Origin: Burkholderiales bacterium
Lineage (GTDB): Bacteria > Pseudomonadota > Gammaproteobacteria > Burkholderiales > SG8-41
DNA length: 52,062 bases
Direction: 5' to 3'
Assembly: GCA_046597455.1 (NCBI GenBank)
Contig: JBKJKJ010000337.1
Span: 1-52,062, forward strand
The notes under the pieces are model-generated. The model saw nothing but the letters and a program-made list of their open reading frames with translations. It did not search any database and was not told the DNA's origin. The position numbers were made by a program, and so were the translations under genes. Shown piece by piece: positions 1 through 11,285 of the stretch. The first letter of the stretch is position 1; each line of letters opens with the position of its first letter.

Positions 1-2236
<2,236 letters not shown>

Positions 2237-2259
<23 letters not shown>

Positions 2260-2617
2260 AGACCACCAGGAAATCTGGGATTTTCTGTCGCGCCGCCTCA
2301 AACGCCGCGGCTACGAGGTCGTCGTCGCGCAAGACGGCCAGGAGGGACTGGACAAAGCGCGCGCCGAAAAGCCCGACCTCCTTCTGCTCGACATGAACCT
2401 GCCCGTGATGGACGGGTGGACCGTGGCGCAGACGCTGAAGGGGGATTCGGCGACGAAAGGCATTCCGATCATCGCGCTCACGGCGCATGCGATGTCAGGC
2501 GATCGGGAGAAGGCTATCAACGCGGGCTGCGACGACTATCATGCGAAACCGGTGGATTTCTCGCAACTCCTTAGCCAGATCGAGGCGGCCCTCACGTCGC
2601 GCTCGGAAACTTCATGA
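2237..2617 (+). CDS. Single-domain response regulator (CheY-like receiver)
   Basis: '[17 protein letters not shown]...[14 protein letters not shown]...ALTAHAM...KP'. ATG at 2237 is preceded by gaaaGGAGccc. It overlaps the kinase 3' end. The track ORF start at 2141 is an over-extension. Confidence 0.9.
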
Positions 2618-3147
2618 GCACCGTGGCGCAAGCCGAACATCCGATGGCCGGCGCCTCGCAGGCGCCCGAGAGCGACGCGGGACCGCCCCCCTATGATGAA
2701 AGCATCGTTGAGGTTCTCGCGGCGAAAATTCTGATCGACTGGCTGCGAAATCGCCAGCAACTGCTCGTGCCGTTTACCATCGACCTGCAAAAGCTCGATG
2801 CGCAGCAGGGAAAGATACTGGTCCAGTCGATGCTCGCGGCCGCCCAAGCTGACGGCACGGTCGACGGTAATGAGCTCGAGCGTGTCGAGAGCGCGCTGCA
2901 GCACCTCAATGCGGGCGAAGCGCAGCGCGCGGCTCTACGCGAAATCCTCGAGCGTCAGCAGCCCCTCGCTGAGATCCTGGCGGCAGTTCGGGACGTGCAG
3001 ACCGGCTCACTCGTCTATGCGGCGTCCCTGCTCGCAGTCGACCGGCGCAAGCTGGTGAACCGGCAGTATTTGCGGTATCTCGCCGCGCGCCTGCAGCTAC
3101 CCAAAGATATCGCCCGCAGCCTCGAGCAGCGCTATCAGTTGAATTAA
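2614..3147 (+). CDS. TerB-like / DUF533-like protein
   Basis: ATGA start/stop overlap with the response regulator. 'MLAAAQADGTVDGNELERVESAL' resembles the TerB/DUF533 helical motif. GC3-rich codon usage. Confidence 0.55.
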   Translation: MSTVAQAEHPMAGASQAPESDAGPPPYDESIVEVLAAKILIDWLRNRQQLLVPFTIDLQKLDAQQGKILVQSMLAAAQADGTVDGNELERVESALQHLNAGEAQRAALREILERQQPLAEILAAVRDVQTGSLVYAASLLAVDRRKLVNRQYLRYLAARLQLPKDIARSLEQRYQLN

Positions 3148-3216
3148 CTCTCAGGGTTTGCGGCACTCATCACGCGAATAAAGGCGGTGAGGTCAGAACG
3201 GCGGGCGCGCCAACGT

Positions 3217-3690
3217 TCACGCCGACGTCTTTTCGGATCCCGCCTGCTCATCGCGCCCAACGCGATCGGTGATGCCACTCAACGCGGTCTGCACCACCTG
3301 GCTTTCAACCAGGAGGTGACGCGAGAGGTCCGACAGCGTGATCCAGCCCGTCACGCGCTGTGCATCGTCGAGAACGGGCAGCCGGCGCACGTTCTGGGAT
3401 GCCATGAGGTCCATCGCGATGCTCAGTGAGTCGTCAGGCCGGCAACTGAAAACCTGCTTCGTGGCCACCTGAATCACCGACGTGCGCCGCGGGTCCTTGC
3501 CTTCGGCGACAGCCCGATAGAGGATGTCGCGATCGGTGATGATCCCTTTGAGGTCTTCCGGCGTACCGACCGGCAGCGCGCTCACGTCGAGCTCGCCCAT
3601 CAGCGCCGCCGCCTCTTGCAAAGTGGCGTCCGGCTCGACGAACTCCACGGTCGTCGCCATCAGCTCTGCTACTTTCATCGCCTTCGACAT
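3217..3690 (-). CDS. CBS-domain pair protein
   Basis: Two CBS-like repeats ('VAELMATTVEFVEPDATLQEAAALMGELDVSALPV', 'LSIAMDLMASQNVRRLPVLDD'). AGGAG lies 6 nt upstream of the ATG at 3690. Confidence 0.85.
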   Translation of the reverse strand: MSKAMKVAELMATTVEFVEPDATLQEAAALMGELDVSALPVGTPEDLKGIITDRDILYRAVAEGKDPRRTSVIQVATKQVFSCRPDDSLSIAMDLMASQNVRRLPVLDDAQRVTGWITLSDLSRHLLVESQVVQTALSGITDRVGRDEQAGSEKTSA

Positions 3691-3742
3691 TTACCCACTC
3701 CTGTGCTTGACTTTGCGGCTGCTATTTACGGGATACGACGCA

Positions 3743-5527
3743 CTAGCGTGCTGCCAGCGGCCACACGGCCGCGATCAGGGGCACACCCGCAACGATGATG
3801 AATACCGACAGCGGCAAACCGAGCTTCCAGTAATCACTGAAGCGATAGCCGCCCGGCCCCATGACGAGGGTATTGCACTGGTGCCCGAAAGGCGTCAGGA
3901 AATCGCACGCAGCACCGAGCGCAACCGCCATGAGGAACGGGTCCGGATTCAATCCGAGGCGACTGGCCAGGCCTGCCCCGATAGGCGCGACCATCAGAAC
4001 GGTGGCAGCGTTGTTGAGAAACGGCGTCACCGCCATCGCAGCAATCAGCATCAGCGCGAGCGCACCGAGAGGCGGCAGCCCGCCGGCGGCCATGTGAAGC
4101 CAGCCCGCAATGAGATCGGTCGCACCCGTCGTGCGGACCGCTTCGCTCACCGGAATCAGCGCAGCGAGCAGAATGAGTATCGGCCATTCGATGCTTTCGT
4201 ACGCATCGCGCAGCGTGAGGGATTTCGTCACGACCAGCGCGACCGCGGCTGCGAAAAAGGCCACGGCGATGGGCAGCACTTTGAACACGACAGCCAGCAC
4301 CGCAACTGCCAGGATCAGGATCGGTATCCATCGACGCCGGTCGCGGCCCAGCCCCACATCCCGCGCGGCCAGCGGCAGGACGCCGAGCGTCTGCAGCGTG
4401 TCGGGCAACCGGTCGAAACGCCCCTGCAGCACGATCACGTCCCCCGCTCTGAAGCGAACCGAGCGCAGACGCTGCGTGATACGCTCGCCGCTGCGACTGA
4501 TCGCGAGCACGTTGGCATCGTAACGCTGACGCACGTCGAGCTCGATCAGGTTGGCGCCGATCAGGGGCGACTCACTTGTGATCACGCCTTCCACCACGCC
4601 CACGGTATCTCCATCCTCGTCCGCACCTGATTCGGCCGCCTTTCCACCGAGCACCAGGCCGCCGCGCGCGACAACTTTTTCCAGCGCGGCAGGCTCGCCT
4701 TCAAGCAGCAGCACGTCACCGGCATGCAGCTGCAGCGCGCGGGTCGGCTTGTAGCGCCTGAAGCGCTCGCGCACCACCGTGGTGAGCTTGACTTCACCCT
4801 CGCCCAGCGCCTCGAGATCCGCTGCCACTTTCCCAACGAGCTGGGATGTCTCGGCGATGGTCGCTTCGACGACGTAGTTCTCGATGTTGATCGCCGCGTC
4901 GATTGACACGCCGGCGCGACGGTCTTTCGGAAGTAACCGGTACGCGAAAGTGAGATAAATCATGCCAACGGCCGCAATACCGAGTCCGACCGGGGCATAG
5001 TCGAACATCTGGAAAGGCTTGCCGAGGATCTCTTCGCGCACGCGCGACACGATGATGTTGGGCGAGGTCCCGACCATGGTGATGAGGCCGCCCATGAGCG
5101 ATCCGAACGAAAGCGGCATGAGCAGCTGCGAAACCGGCGTGCCCGAGCGCTTTGCGAACTGCAGCGCAACGGGCAGCATGATCGCGAGCGCGCCGACGTT
5201 CTTGATGAACGTCGACAGCACAATGACCGCAAACACCAGAACGAAAACCTGTGCCTGGGTGGATTTGAGGTAAGGCGCCAGCGGCCTGATGAGAAGGTCG
5301 GTGACACCCGACTTCGCGACCGCAGCACTCACCACGAGTGCGGACGCAACGATGATCACGATATCGTCGCTGAAACCCGAAAAAGCCTCTTTCGCAGGAA
5401 CGATGCCGGCGAACACCGCCGCCAGCAGGGCGAGCAGCGCGACGACGTCATAGCGGACGCGGTCCCACACGAAAAGCGCCATCATCGCCCCGACGATGGC
5501 AAAGGTCAGTCCCTGGGGAAGCGTCAT
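3743..5527 (-). CDS. SLC13/DASS-type anion permease with central tandem TrkA-C (RCK_C) domains
   Basis: 594 aa. Hydrophobic N- and C-terminal halves flank a soluble insert ('EATIAETSQLVGKVAADLE...GDVLLLEG', 'VEGVITSESPLIGANLIELDVRQRY...GDVIVLQG'), the typical duplicated TrkA-C signature. Confidence 0.85.
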   Translation of the reverse strand: MTLPQGLTFAIVGAMMALFVWDRVRYDVVALLALLAAVFAGIVPAKEAFSGFSDDIVIIVASALVVSAAVAKSGVTDLLIRPLAPYLKSTQAQVFVLVFAVIVLSTFIKNVGALAIMLPVALQFAKRSGTPVSQLLMPLSFGSLMGGLITMVGTSPNIIVSRVREEILGKPFQMFDYAPVGLGIAAVGMIYLTFAYRLLPKDRRAGVSIDAAINIENYVVEATIAETSQLVGKVAADLEALGEGEVKLTTVVRERFRRYKPTRALQLHAGDVLLLEGEPAALEKVVARGGLVLGGKAAESGADEDGDTVGVVEGVITSESPLIGANLIELDVRQRYDANVLAISRSGERITQRLRSVRFRAGDVIVLQGRFDRLPDTLQTLGVLPLAARDVGLGRDRRRWIPILILAVAVLAVVFKVLPIAVAFFAAAVALVVTKSLTLRDAYESIEWPILILLAALIPVSEAVRTTGATDLIAGWLHMAAGGLPPLGALALMLIAAMAVTPFLNNAATVLMVAPIGAGLASRLGLNPDPFLMAVALGAACDFLTPFGHQCNTLVMGPGGYRFSDYWKLGLPLSVFIIVAGVPLIAAVWPLAAR

Positions 5528-5605
5528 CAGAATTGCCCGGTGCTCGAATGGAATCGAGCGACCCTAAGCAACCCTTATGCCGCACTGCCGCGGCTCGGCT
5601 GCGCC

Positions 5606-6274
5606 TTACCGGTTGGCGCGCGGGACCGTGACGCCGACCAGGGTGTCGCGCGTGAGGATCCCCGCCAGTTTTTCCTCCGACCAGCCTTCGGTTCCCTGCG
5701 GCCGCATCGGGACGACGACGTAGCGCATGTCGGCGTTGGAATCGTGCACGCGCAACGTCACGGTTTCAGGAAGCTCGGTGCCGAATTCCTTCAGCACCGC
5801 GCGCGGCTCGAACACCACACGCGAGCGGTAATTGCGGCTTTTGTACCAGGTCGGCGGCATGCCCAGTAACGCGCGCGGATAGCACGAGCAAAGCGTGCAC
5901 ACGATCGTGTTGTGGACGTCAGGCGTATTCTCGACGGCGATCAGGCGGTCTGCCTCGATGTCGATTCCCATTTCGGCGCACGCCGCCTTGCCGTCAGCCA
6001 GCAGGCGCGCTTTGAATTTGGGATCGCTCCAGGCTCGCGCGACCACCCTCGATCCGCGATAGGGAAACTCCTCGTCGAAGACCTCTATCCTGTGCCGCAC
6101 CTGCTCGGCGGTGATCACGCCTTTTTCTTCGAGCAGTTCCTGCATCGCACGGCTCATGATTTCATATTCGCCGGGCGGACCGTCGTCGTGCTCGTTGATC
6201 GGCGCGTGGTCATCGTGATGATGATCGCCATGATCGTGGGCGTGTGCAGCGCTATCGAATCTGGATGAGCTCAT
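5606..6274 (-). CDS. Nitrile hydratase alpha-subunit family protein, cobalt-type metal site, His-rich N-terminal extension
   Basis: Metal-binding motif 'VCTLCSCYP' (Thr/Tyr variant is the Co type). 'YKSRNYRSRVV' follows it. N-terminus is 'AAHAHDHGDHHHDDH'. ATGA overlap with the upstream gene. Confidence 0.9.
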   Translation of the reverse strand: MSSSRFDSAAHAHDHGDHHHDDHAPINEHDDGPPGEYEIMSRAMQELLEEKGVITAEQVRHRIEVFDEEFPYRGSRVVARAWSDPKFKARLLADGKAACAEMGIDIEADRLIAVENTPDVHNTIVCTLCSCYPRALLGMPPTWYKSRNYRSRVVFEPRAVLKEFGTELPETVTLRVHDSNADMRYVVVPMRPQGTEGWSEEKLAGILTRDTLVGVTVPRANR

Positions 6275-6660
6275 GTGGATTGCTCCGGGTTCGTGCCTCT
6301 GGAAGTCGAATCAGCAGACACAGGTTCGAGCCAGTGCTCGAAAATTTCCATTTCGAGCAGGTCGCGCTCGGGCCCGCGGTAATCGGCCCAGATCTGCTTT
6401 TGACTGAAACGCACGCGATAAAGCACTTTTGCAGGCTGGCCGTCGAAGCCGTAAGCGAGTTCCTCGGGATTGGGGAAAACGCCGCAGACGCGCTCGATCA
6501 CCCCGGATTTGCCGCGGATGTAGCACGGCGTGCGCCGGTGCCCCGGCGGGAAAATGCGCTTCACGCGGACCGTATCGCCGACGTCGAACCGGCGTCCCGG
6601 CGCAGGCGTATACGTCGAAGGCAGCGGCGCGCGCCCGCTGTCGGGCTCACCTGCGCTCAT
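6271..6660 (-). CDS. Nitrile hydratase beta-subunit, C-terminal-half homolog, encoded as a separate polypeptide
   Basis: 'FDVGDTVRVKRIFPPGHRRTPCYIRGKSGVIERV...LYRVRFSQKQIW...EIFEHWLEP' matches the SH3-like C-terminal half of NHase beta. ATGA overlaps on both sides. Confidence 0.85.
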   Translation of the reverse strand: MSAGEPDSGRAPLPSTYTPAPGRRFDVGDTVRVKRIFPPGHRRTPCYIRGKSGVIERVCGVFPNPEELAYGFDGQPAKVLYRVRFSQKQIWADYRGPERDLLEMEIFEHWLEPVSADSTSRGTNPEQST

Positions 6661-7016
6661 GTGGTCGCCTTTTGCTTGATCGGCGAAGTGCTTTCATCGG
6701 GTACGTTGAACCGCGAGCGCACCTCCCGCATTTTCTGTTCGAGCCCCGCTTCGGTGATGAGGCCTTTTTCGAGCAGGACGGCGCGCAGCGCCGAAGTGGT
6801 GATTTCGAAGTACTGGAGCTGCGCATACCGGTCGCCCAGATCCTCGGCCGCGCGGCGCAGCTCATCGGTCCGTACGATCCCGTTACGCTGCAAGACCGAT
6901 CGCAGCCCGTTCGCCTGGCGCTCCCAGAACTTCATGCCATGATCGAGGGTGTCCACCGGACCGCTTGCTTCGCCGCCGATATCCTGCGGCCCCTGGTTAG
7001 GATATTTTTCGCTCAC
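6657..7016 (-). CDS. Nitrile hydratase beta-subunit, N-terminal-half homolog, encoded as a separate polypeptide
   Basis: 'PQDIGGEASGPVD...FWERQANGL...DELRRAAEDL...YFEITTSALRAVLLEKGLIT' matches the NHase beta N-terminus (HDxGG motif). I chose the GTG at 7016 because GAGGA lies 7 nt upstream and codons between 7017 and 7127 are GC3-poor. The ATG at 7127 (track) is an alternative. Confidence 0.75.
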   Translation of the reverse strand: MSEKYPNQGPQDIGGEASGPVDTLDHGMKFWERQANGLRSVLQRNGIVRTDELRRAAEDLGDRYAQLQYFEITTSALRAVLLEKGLITEAGLEQKMREVRSRFNVPDESTSPIKQKATT

Positions 7017-7314
7017 GTTCGTGTCCTCGCATTGCGGTCTGTCACCTGGACCTGCGAAGAGAACTTGCCAGTGAACACCAGCGAAGTCAAACTCGCCCGA
7101 CGACAACCGCATGAAAGGGATCCGCATGCAGGGTTACCCCGCCGCTTCCTGGGTAGGGCGTTGATGGCGTTACCCGTTTGGGGGAGCTTCAGCCAGGCCG
7201 TCAACCCGACGCCCTACAGGAAGCTGCCGTTCGATACTGAGATTCCGTTCTGGACCAAGGTCGTGCGCGAGTCCGGCGCGACCGCCGACTGAAAGCCCGA
7301 ACCTGGAGCCCGCA

Positions 7315-8277
7315 ATGAAGCTGTCGCAATCGCTTGCCCTCTGGGTGTGCGCCCTCGCGTCTCCCGCGCTCGCTCAGCACACGCCCCAATACCCTAATCG
7401 TCCGTTGCGCCTGATCATCCCGATGGCAGCCGGCGGCGCGACCGATATCGTGATCCGCACGATCACACCGCGCATGTCGGAGCTCCTCGGCCAGCAGGTG
7501 ATCGTGGACAATCGGCCCGGCGCCAACGGGATCGTCGGCGACGAGATGGTCGTCAAGGCCGCGCCGGACGGCTATACCCTGCACGCCAACTCGCTCGCGA
7601 TCGCGATCAACCCAAGCCTGTACAAGCTCAACTACGATATCCTGCGCGACCTGACGCCCATTACCCAGCTTGCAGCGGTCGATCTGGTGCTCGGCGTCTA
7701 CCCCCAGCTTCCCGTGAAGTCGGTGCGCGACCTGATCGCGCTCGCCAAAGCTCAGCCGGGCAAGCTCAACTACGCCTCGTTCGGCGTCGGCAGCATCGCA
7801 CACATCGCCGGCGAAATGTTCAAGCAGGCAACACAGACCCAGGTTTTGCATGTCGCTTACAAGGCGAGCCCGCTCGCGGTGCAGGAAACCGTAGCCGGAC
7901 AGACCCAGTTTCTTTTCGGCGGCGCGTCATACATGTTGCCGCAGGTGCGCGCCGGGCGCCTGATAGCCGTGGGGGTCGCATCCCTCAAACGCACCCCGCT
8001 TGCGCCCGAAATTCCCACCCTCGATGAATCGGGCGTTCCCGGGTTCGACGTCACGGCGTGGTTCGGAATGTGGATGCCGCCCAGAACGCCCAAACCCATC
8101 GCCATGCGTATACACGACGTCGCGGTCAGGTCGTTGCGGGAGATGCGCCCGGGAATCGAAAAGCTCGGTTACCGCCCCGGCGGCGAATCGCCCGAAGAAT
8201 TCGCGAAGTTCGTGCGCGCCGAAGTCGAGAAGTTCGCCCGCGTCGTCAGGAATGCGGGAATCAAACCCGAAGGTTGA
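7315..8277 (+). CDS. Bug/TctC-family tripartite tricarboxylate transporter substrate-binding protein
   Basis: Signal peptide followed by 'YPNRPLRLIIPMAAGGATD...VDNRPGANG...APDGYTL...YASFGVGS..H', the Bug family signature. GGAG upstream of the ATG. Confidence 0.93.
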   Translation: MKLSQSLALWVCALASPALAQHTPQYPNRPLRLIIPMAAGGATDIVIRTITPRMSELLGQQVIVDNRPGANGIVGDEMVVKAAPDGYTLHANSLAIAINPSLYKLNYDILRDLTPITQLAAVDLVLGVYPQLPVKSVRDLIALAKAQPGKLNYASFGVGSIAHIAGEMFKQATQTQVLHVAYKASPLAVQETVAGQTQFLFGGASYMLPQVRAGRLIAVGVASLKRTPLAPEIPTLDESGVPGFDVTAWFGMWMPPRTPKPIAMRIHDVAVRSLREMRPGIEKLGYRPGGESPEEFAKFVRAEVEKFARVVRNAGIKPEG

Positions 8278-8364
8278 CGCGCCCACCCGCCCTGTCCCGG
8301 CACGCGCTGCGGCCGCAGCTCCACGCGATGTCCCCCCCGCACATGCCCCGACCGAGCCCGTGCG

Positions 8365-8637
8365 CTAACGCAGGTGCGCCGTAGGGCGGATGCGCGGGGA
8401 CGCGAATTCTTTTCGATCGTCATCATCGCGGAGACGGTCGGCATTACGGTGCAGCCCCCACGCGAGCCCACCCCAGATCGCCCACCACGCGGCTGCGGTC
8501 GCGACGAGAAAAAACGCGATTCCCAGCTTGGAGGCGAGTGCTGCGAAGAATGCGATGACGACCGCGGCAGCGGAACCGGTTATCGCCACGCCCTGGGTCG
8601 TTGCGGCCATAGTGCGAACGAGCTTCGATGCCTCCAC
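8365..8637 (-). CDS. Small membrane protein (two predicted TM segments), unknown function
   Basis: AGGAGA lies 6 nt upstream of the ATG. Hydrophobic stretches 'AAAVVIAFFAALASKLGIAFFLVATAAAWWAIWGGLAWGL'. GC3-rich. Confidence 0.5.
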   Translation of the reverse strand: MEASKLVRTMAATTQGVAITGSAAAVVIAFFAALASKLGIAFFLVATAAAWWAIWGGLAWGLHRNADRLRDDDDRKEFASPRIRPTAHLR

Positions 8638-8835
8638 GGTGCGTCTCCTGAATGTCAGTCGACCTGCACCTTATCTAAACCGCGGACGCCGCGACAGAAG
8701 CCGGTTGACCTATACCCTGCGGTGTAGGACCGACCGTTGAGGACATATCACCTTAACGCTACGAGCAACTTTTTCCGGGCAACCGTGTAAGGAACACACA
8801 CGGCCACGCGCGTTCGATGGATGCGACCGGGAAAT

Positions 8836-9207
8836 TCAGGAGTTCGGGCGGGCGGCGATCGCGAGCAGACCTTCCAATGCTTCGAAGTCGAGCGGCTTCG
8901 TGTAGCAGTGGCTGCATCCGCACCGCATCGCCTTGTCGCGCCAGGTCGCATCGCCCAGATGGGCGCTGAGCGCTACGATCGGGATCATCGACGTTGCAGC
9001 ATGGGCGCGGATAGATCGCGTCGCCGTAAGGCCGTCCATGACCGGCATGCTGAGGTCCATCAGGATGAGATCAGGGTGCTCTTTGATCGCACATTCGACG
9101 GCCTGTTTGCCGTTTTCGGCCTCCAGGACCGAGTGTCCTCGCATTTCCAGCACCAGCTTCATCAGGTGTCGGGTGTCTTCGATATCTTCGGCAACGAGGA
9201 TGCGCAT
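8836..9207 (-). CDS. Single-domain response regulator (receiver only)
   Basis: 'MRILVAEDIEDTRHLM...DLILMDLSMPVMDGL...ALSAH...KP'. Confidence 0.88.
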   Translation of the reverse strand: MRILVAEDIEDTRHLMKLVLEMRGHSVLEAENGKQAVECAIKEHPDLILMDLSMPVMDGLTATRSIRAHAATSMIPIVALSAHLGDATWRDKAMRCGCSHCYTKPLDFEALEGLLAIAARPNS

Positions 9208-9271
9208 GCGCTATTAACAGCAAATAACAGACCCGGCCTCGCACCCGACCGCCCGTCCACACAATATCGGG

Positions 9272-10240
9272 TCAGTCGAGCTTGAGCTTCGCCGCAGCGA
9301 TCGTCTTCTTCCACTGCTCGTACTCGGCACGCATGAACTGGGCGAGCATTTCGGGGGTGCCGGGCGCCGGTTCCGCGCCTTCGCGCAGCAGCCTCTGGGC
9401 GACGTCCTTGTCCTGGAGGCTGCGAACGATTTCGGCGTTGAGCTTGGTCACGACCTCTTTCGGGGTGGCGGCAGGCGCAAAAATGCCGTACCAGGTCACG
9501 TAACCGAACCCGGGGACACCTGCTTCGGCCACCGTCGGAATTTCCGGCGCGGCAGCCGAGCGCTTCGCGCTGCTGACCGCAATCCCTCGCAACCGGCCGC
9601 TGCGGACGTGAGGCAGCACCGAAGGCATGCTGTTGAACATCAGCGAAACCTGCCCGCCGAGCAGATCCGTGACCGCAGGCGCGGTGCCCTTGTAAGGGAT
9701 ATGGACAAGATCGATACCGGCCGCGGCTTTGAGCATTTCCATCCCCAGATGCTGCGGGCTTCCCGGGCCCACCGAGGCATAGTTGATCTGTCCTGGTCTG
9801 GATTTGGCGAATTTGATGAGCTCGCGCACCGAGGTGACCGGAAGCGAAGGATGCAGCACCATGATCTGCGGATTGATCACGACAAGGCTGATCGGCGCCA
9901 GATCGGTGAAAACGTTGTACGGCAGCTTGGTCCCGACCGCCGGAGTAACCGACATGCTGCCGCCCGTCGCGAACAGCAGCGTGTAGCCGTCGGGTGCGGC
10001 GCGCACCACGTTCTCCACGCCGACGATGCCGCCTGCGCCCGGGCGATTGTCGATGATGACCTGCGGGCCCCACGCCTCGGTCAGCTTCTGGCCGATCATG
10101 CGGGCCACCAGATCGGTCGGACCGCCAGGCGGAAAGTGAACCACCATGCGAATCGCTTTGGCCGGGTAGGTTTGTGCATGCGCCGGGACACCGAATATCC
10201 CCGCTGCCGCAACCAGGCAGGGCAATAACGCTCTCTTCAT
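9272..10240 (-). CDS. Bug/TctC-family substrate-binding protein
   Basis: 'MKRALLPCLVAAAGIFGVPAHAQTYPAKAIRMVVHFPPGGPTD...IDNRPGAGG'. GGAGA lies 5 nt upstream of the ATG at 10240. The 528-aa track ORF is an over-extension. Confidence 0.92.
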   Translation of the reverse strand: MKRALLPCLVAAAGIFGVPAHAQTYPAKAIRMVVHFPPGGPTDLVARMIGQKLTEAWGPQVIIDNRPGAGGIVGVENVVRAAPDGYTLLFATGGSMSVTPAVGTKLPYNVFTDLAPISLVVINPQIMVLHPSLPVTSVRELIKFAKSRPGQINYASVGPGSPQHLGMEMLKAAAGIDLVHIPYKGTAPAVTDLLGGQVSLMFNSMPSVLPHVRSGRLRGIAVSSAKRSAAAPEIPTVAEAGVPGFGYVTWYGIFAPAATPKEVVTKLNAEIVRSLQDKDVAQRLLREGAEPAPGTPEMLAQFMRAEYEQWKKTIAAAKLKLD

Positions 10241-10498
10241 TACCGTCTCCTCATGTGTTCTTTGGTCGAGCCTTCCGAATGACTTCGAGCTCGATATTTG
10301 CGTGCGGGCGTGGCCGATATTATAAGGGCCGCGCAAACTCCAGCGCGCGCACTGACTGTCGGAGCTCGACACGCCGCTTTTCGCTGCGCGCTTCGCGGGC
10401 GCGAACGGTGCCCGACAAGGCGCCGCTGACGCAGCGCAGTGAAAGGCTCGGGTAAGAAACGGCGGCGACAATGACTCACGCCATACGGCTGTCGCCCC

Positions 10499-11137
10499 GT
10501 GCCCCGACCAGACCCTATCCTGATCGATCCTTCGCCCCGACTCGCCCTCGCCGCTACGCTCCTCGGCTGCCTGATGTTCGTCGGTCTCGCCACGGCCTCG
10601 GACGCGATTCTTCGAGCGCTGTCCGGAGAAGACGGAATCGTGGAGATCACTTCGGCGCTCGCCTATCCCGTGGGCGCGTTCTTCGCGCTGCGGCTCGCGA
10701 GGCATTCGCATGGGTGGGGGCGTGCCCACTGGATCATGTGGGTGGGCTTGTGCATATTGTTCTTCGGGGAGGAGACGAGCTGGCTGCAGCATGTAATCGG
10801 CTACACGACCCCAGACGCGATGAAGGCCGTCAACGCCCAGTCCGAATTCAACCTGCACAATCTGAACATCGTCACTGTCGACGGGGCGCTCATCGGCAAC
10901 GACGGCACCCTGACGTTCAAAGTCTGGCGGGATTCCCAGGTGCTCTTCTACCTGGGATTCACCACCTACTTTCTGCTGCTGCCGCTCGCCAGATCACTTC
11001 GATTCGTCGATGACATGGCGCAACGTCTTGCCGTTCCAGCGCTGAGCCGGCGCTTTCTGCTGATGGTCTGGATCCCGATTGCCGTGAGCGTCGCTTTCAC
11101 GTTCCTGGATCGGCACGAGCTTCTGCGAAAAAAATGA
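10499..11137 (+). CDS. Integral membrane protein, unknown function
   Basis: Several hydrophobic segments and a 'FFGEETSWLQH' motif. GTG start, so the start is uncertain. Confidence 0.5.
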   Translation: MPRPDPILIDPSPRLALAATLLGCLMFVGLATASDAILRALSGEDGIVEITSALAYPVGAFFALRLARHSHGWGRAHWIMWVGLCILFFGEETSWLQHVIGYTTPDAMKAVNAQSEFNLHNLNIVTVDGALIGNDGTLTFKVWRDSQVLFYLGFTTYFLLLPLARSLRFVDDMAQRLAVPALSRRFLLMVWIPIAVSVAFTFLDRHELLRKK

Positions 11138-11285
11138 TCGGTGAGTCGCGCGAGATGATCTTCGCGCTGACCATCATGGCATTCATCGCCATCGCCTATC
11201 ATTTTGCGCGCCGCCGGAACGCGGCGCAAAGCTATACGCCCCCCATCCCGGGTCCCATTCCGCACAGCCCCGCTTGAAACCCTCG

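Noticed and set aside
3524-4630. 368-aa + strand ORF, rich in Arg, His, Gln and Asp, opposite the DASS permease
   Set aside because: It is an antisense shadow ORF typical of GC-rich DNA. The composition is Arg/His-rich and low-complexity with no motif. The opposite strand encodes a well-supported transporter.
6181-6250. GTGATG/ATGATC-rich stretch resembling the octamer repeat
   Set aside because: It is the coding sequence, on the minus strand, of the His/Asp-rich N-terminus of the NHase alpha subunit. It is unrelated to the intergenic arrays.
8306-8319. Perfect 14-nt palindrome GCTGCGGCCGCAGC between convergent genes
   Set aside because: It could be a small terminator hairpin, but the stem is only 5 bp with a 4-nt loop and there is no U-tract. 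That is too weak to call.
9272-10858. 528-aa version of the Bug gene. Similar long N-terminal extensions occur in the track for 18794-20215, 21201-22634, 24567-25622, 36778-37740, 37675-40089, 32363-33823 and 45874-46857.
   Set aside because: The extensions are Arg/Pro-rich or GC3-poor, precede obvious signal peptides or family N-termini, and often overlap upstream genes. Internal starts with Shine-Dalgarno motifs were used instead.
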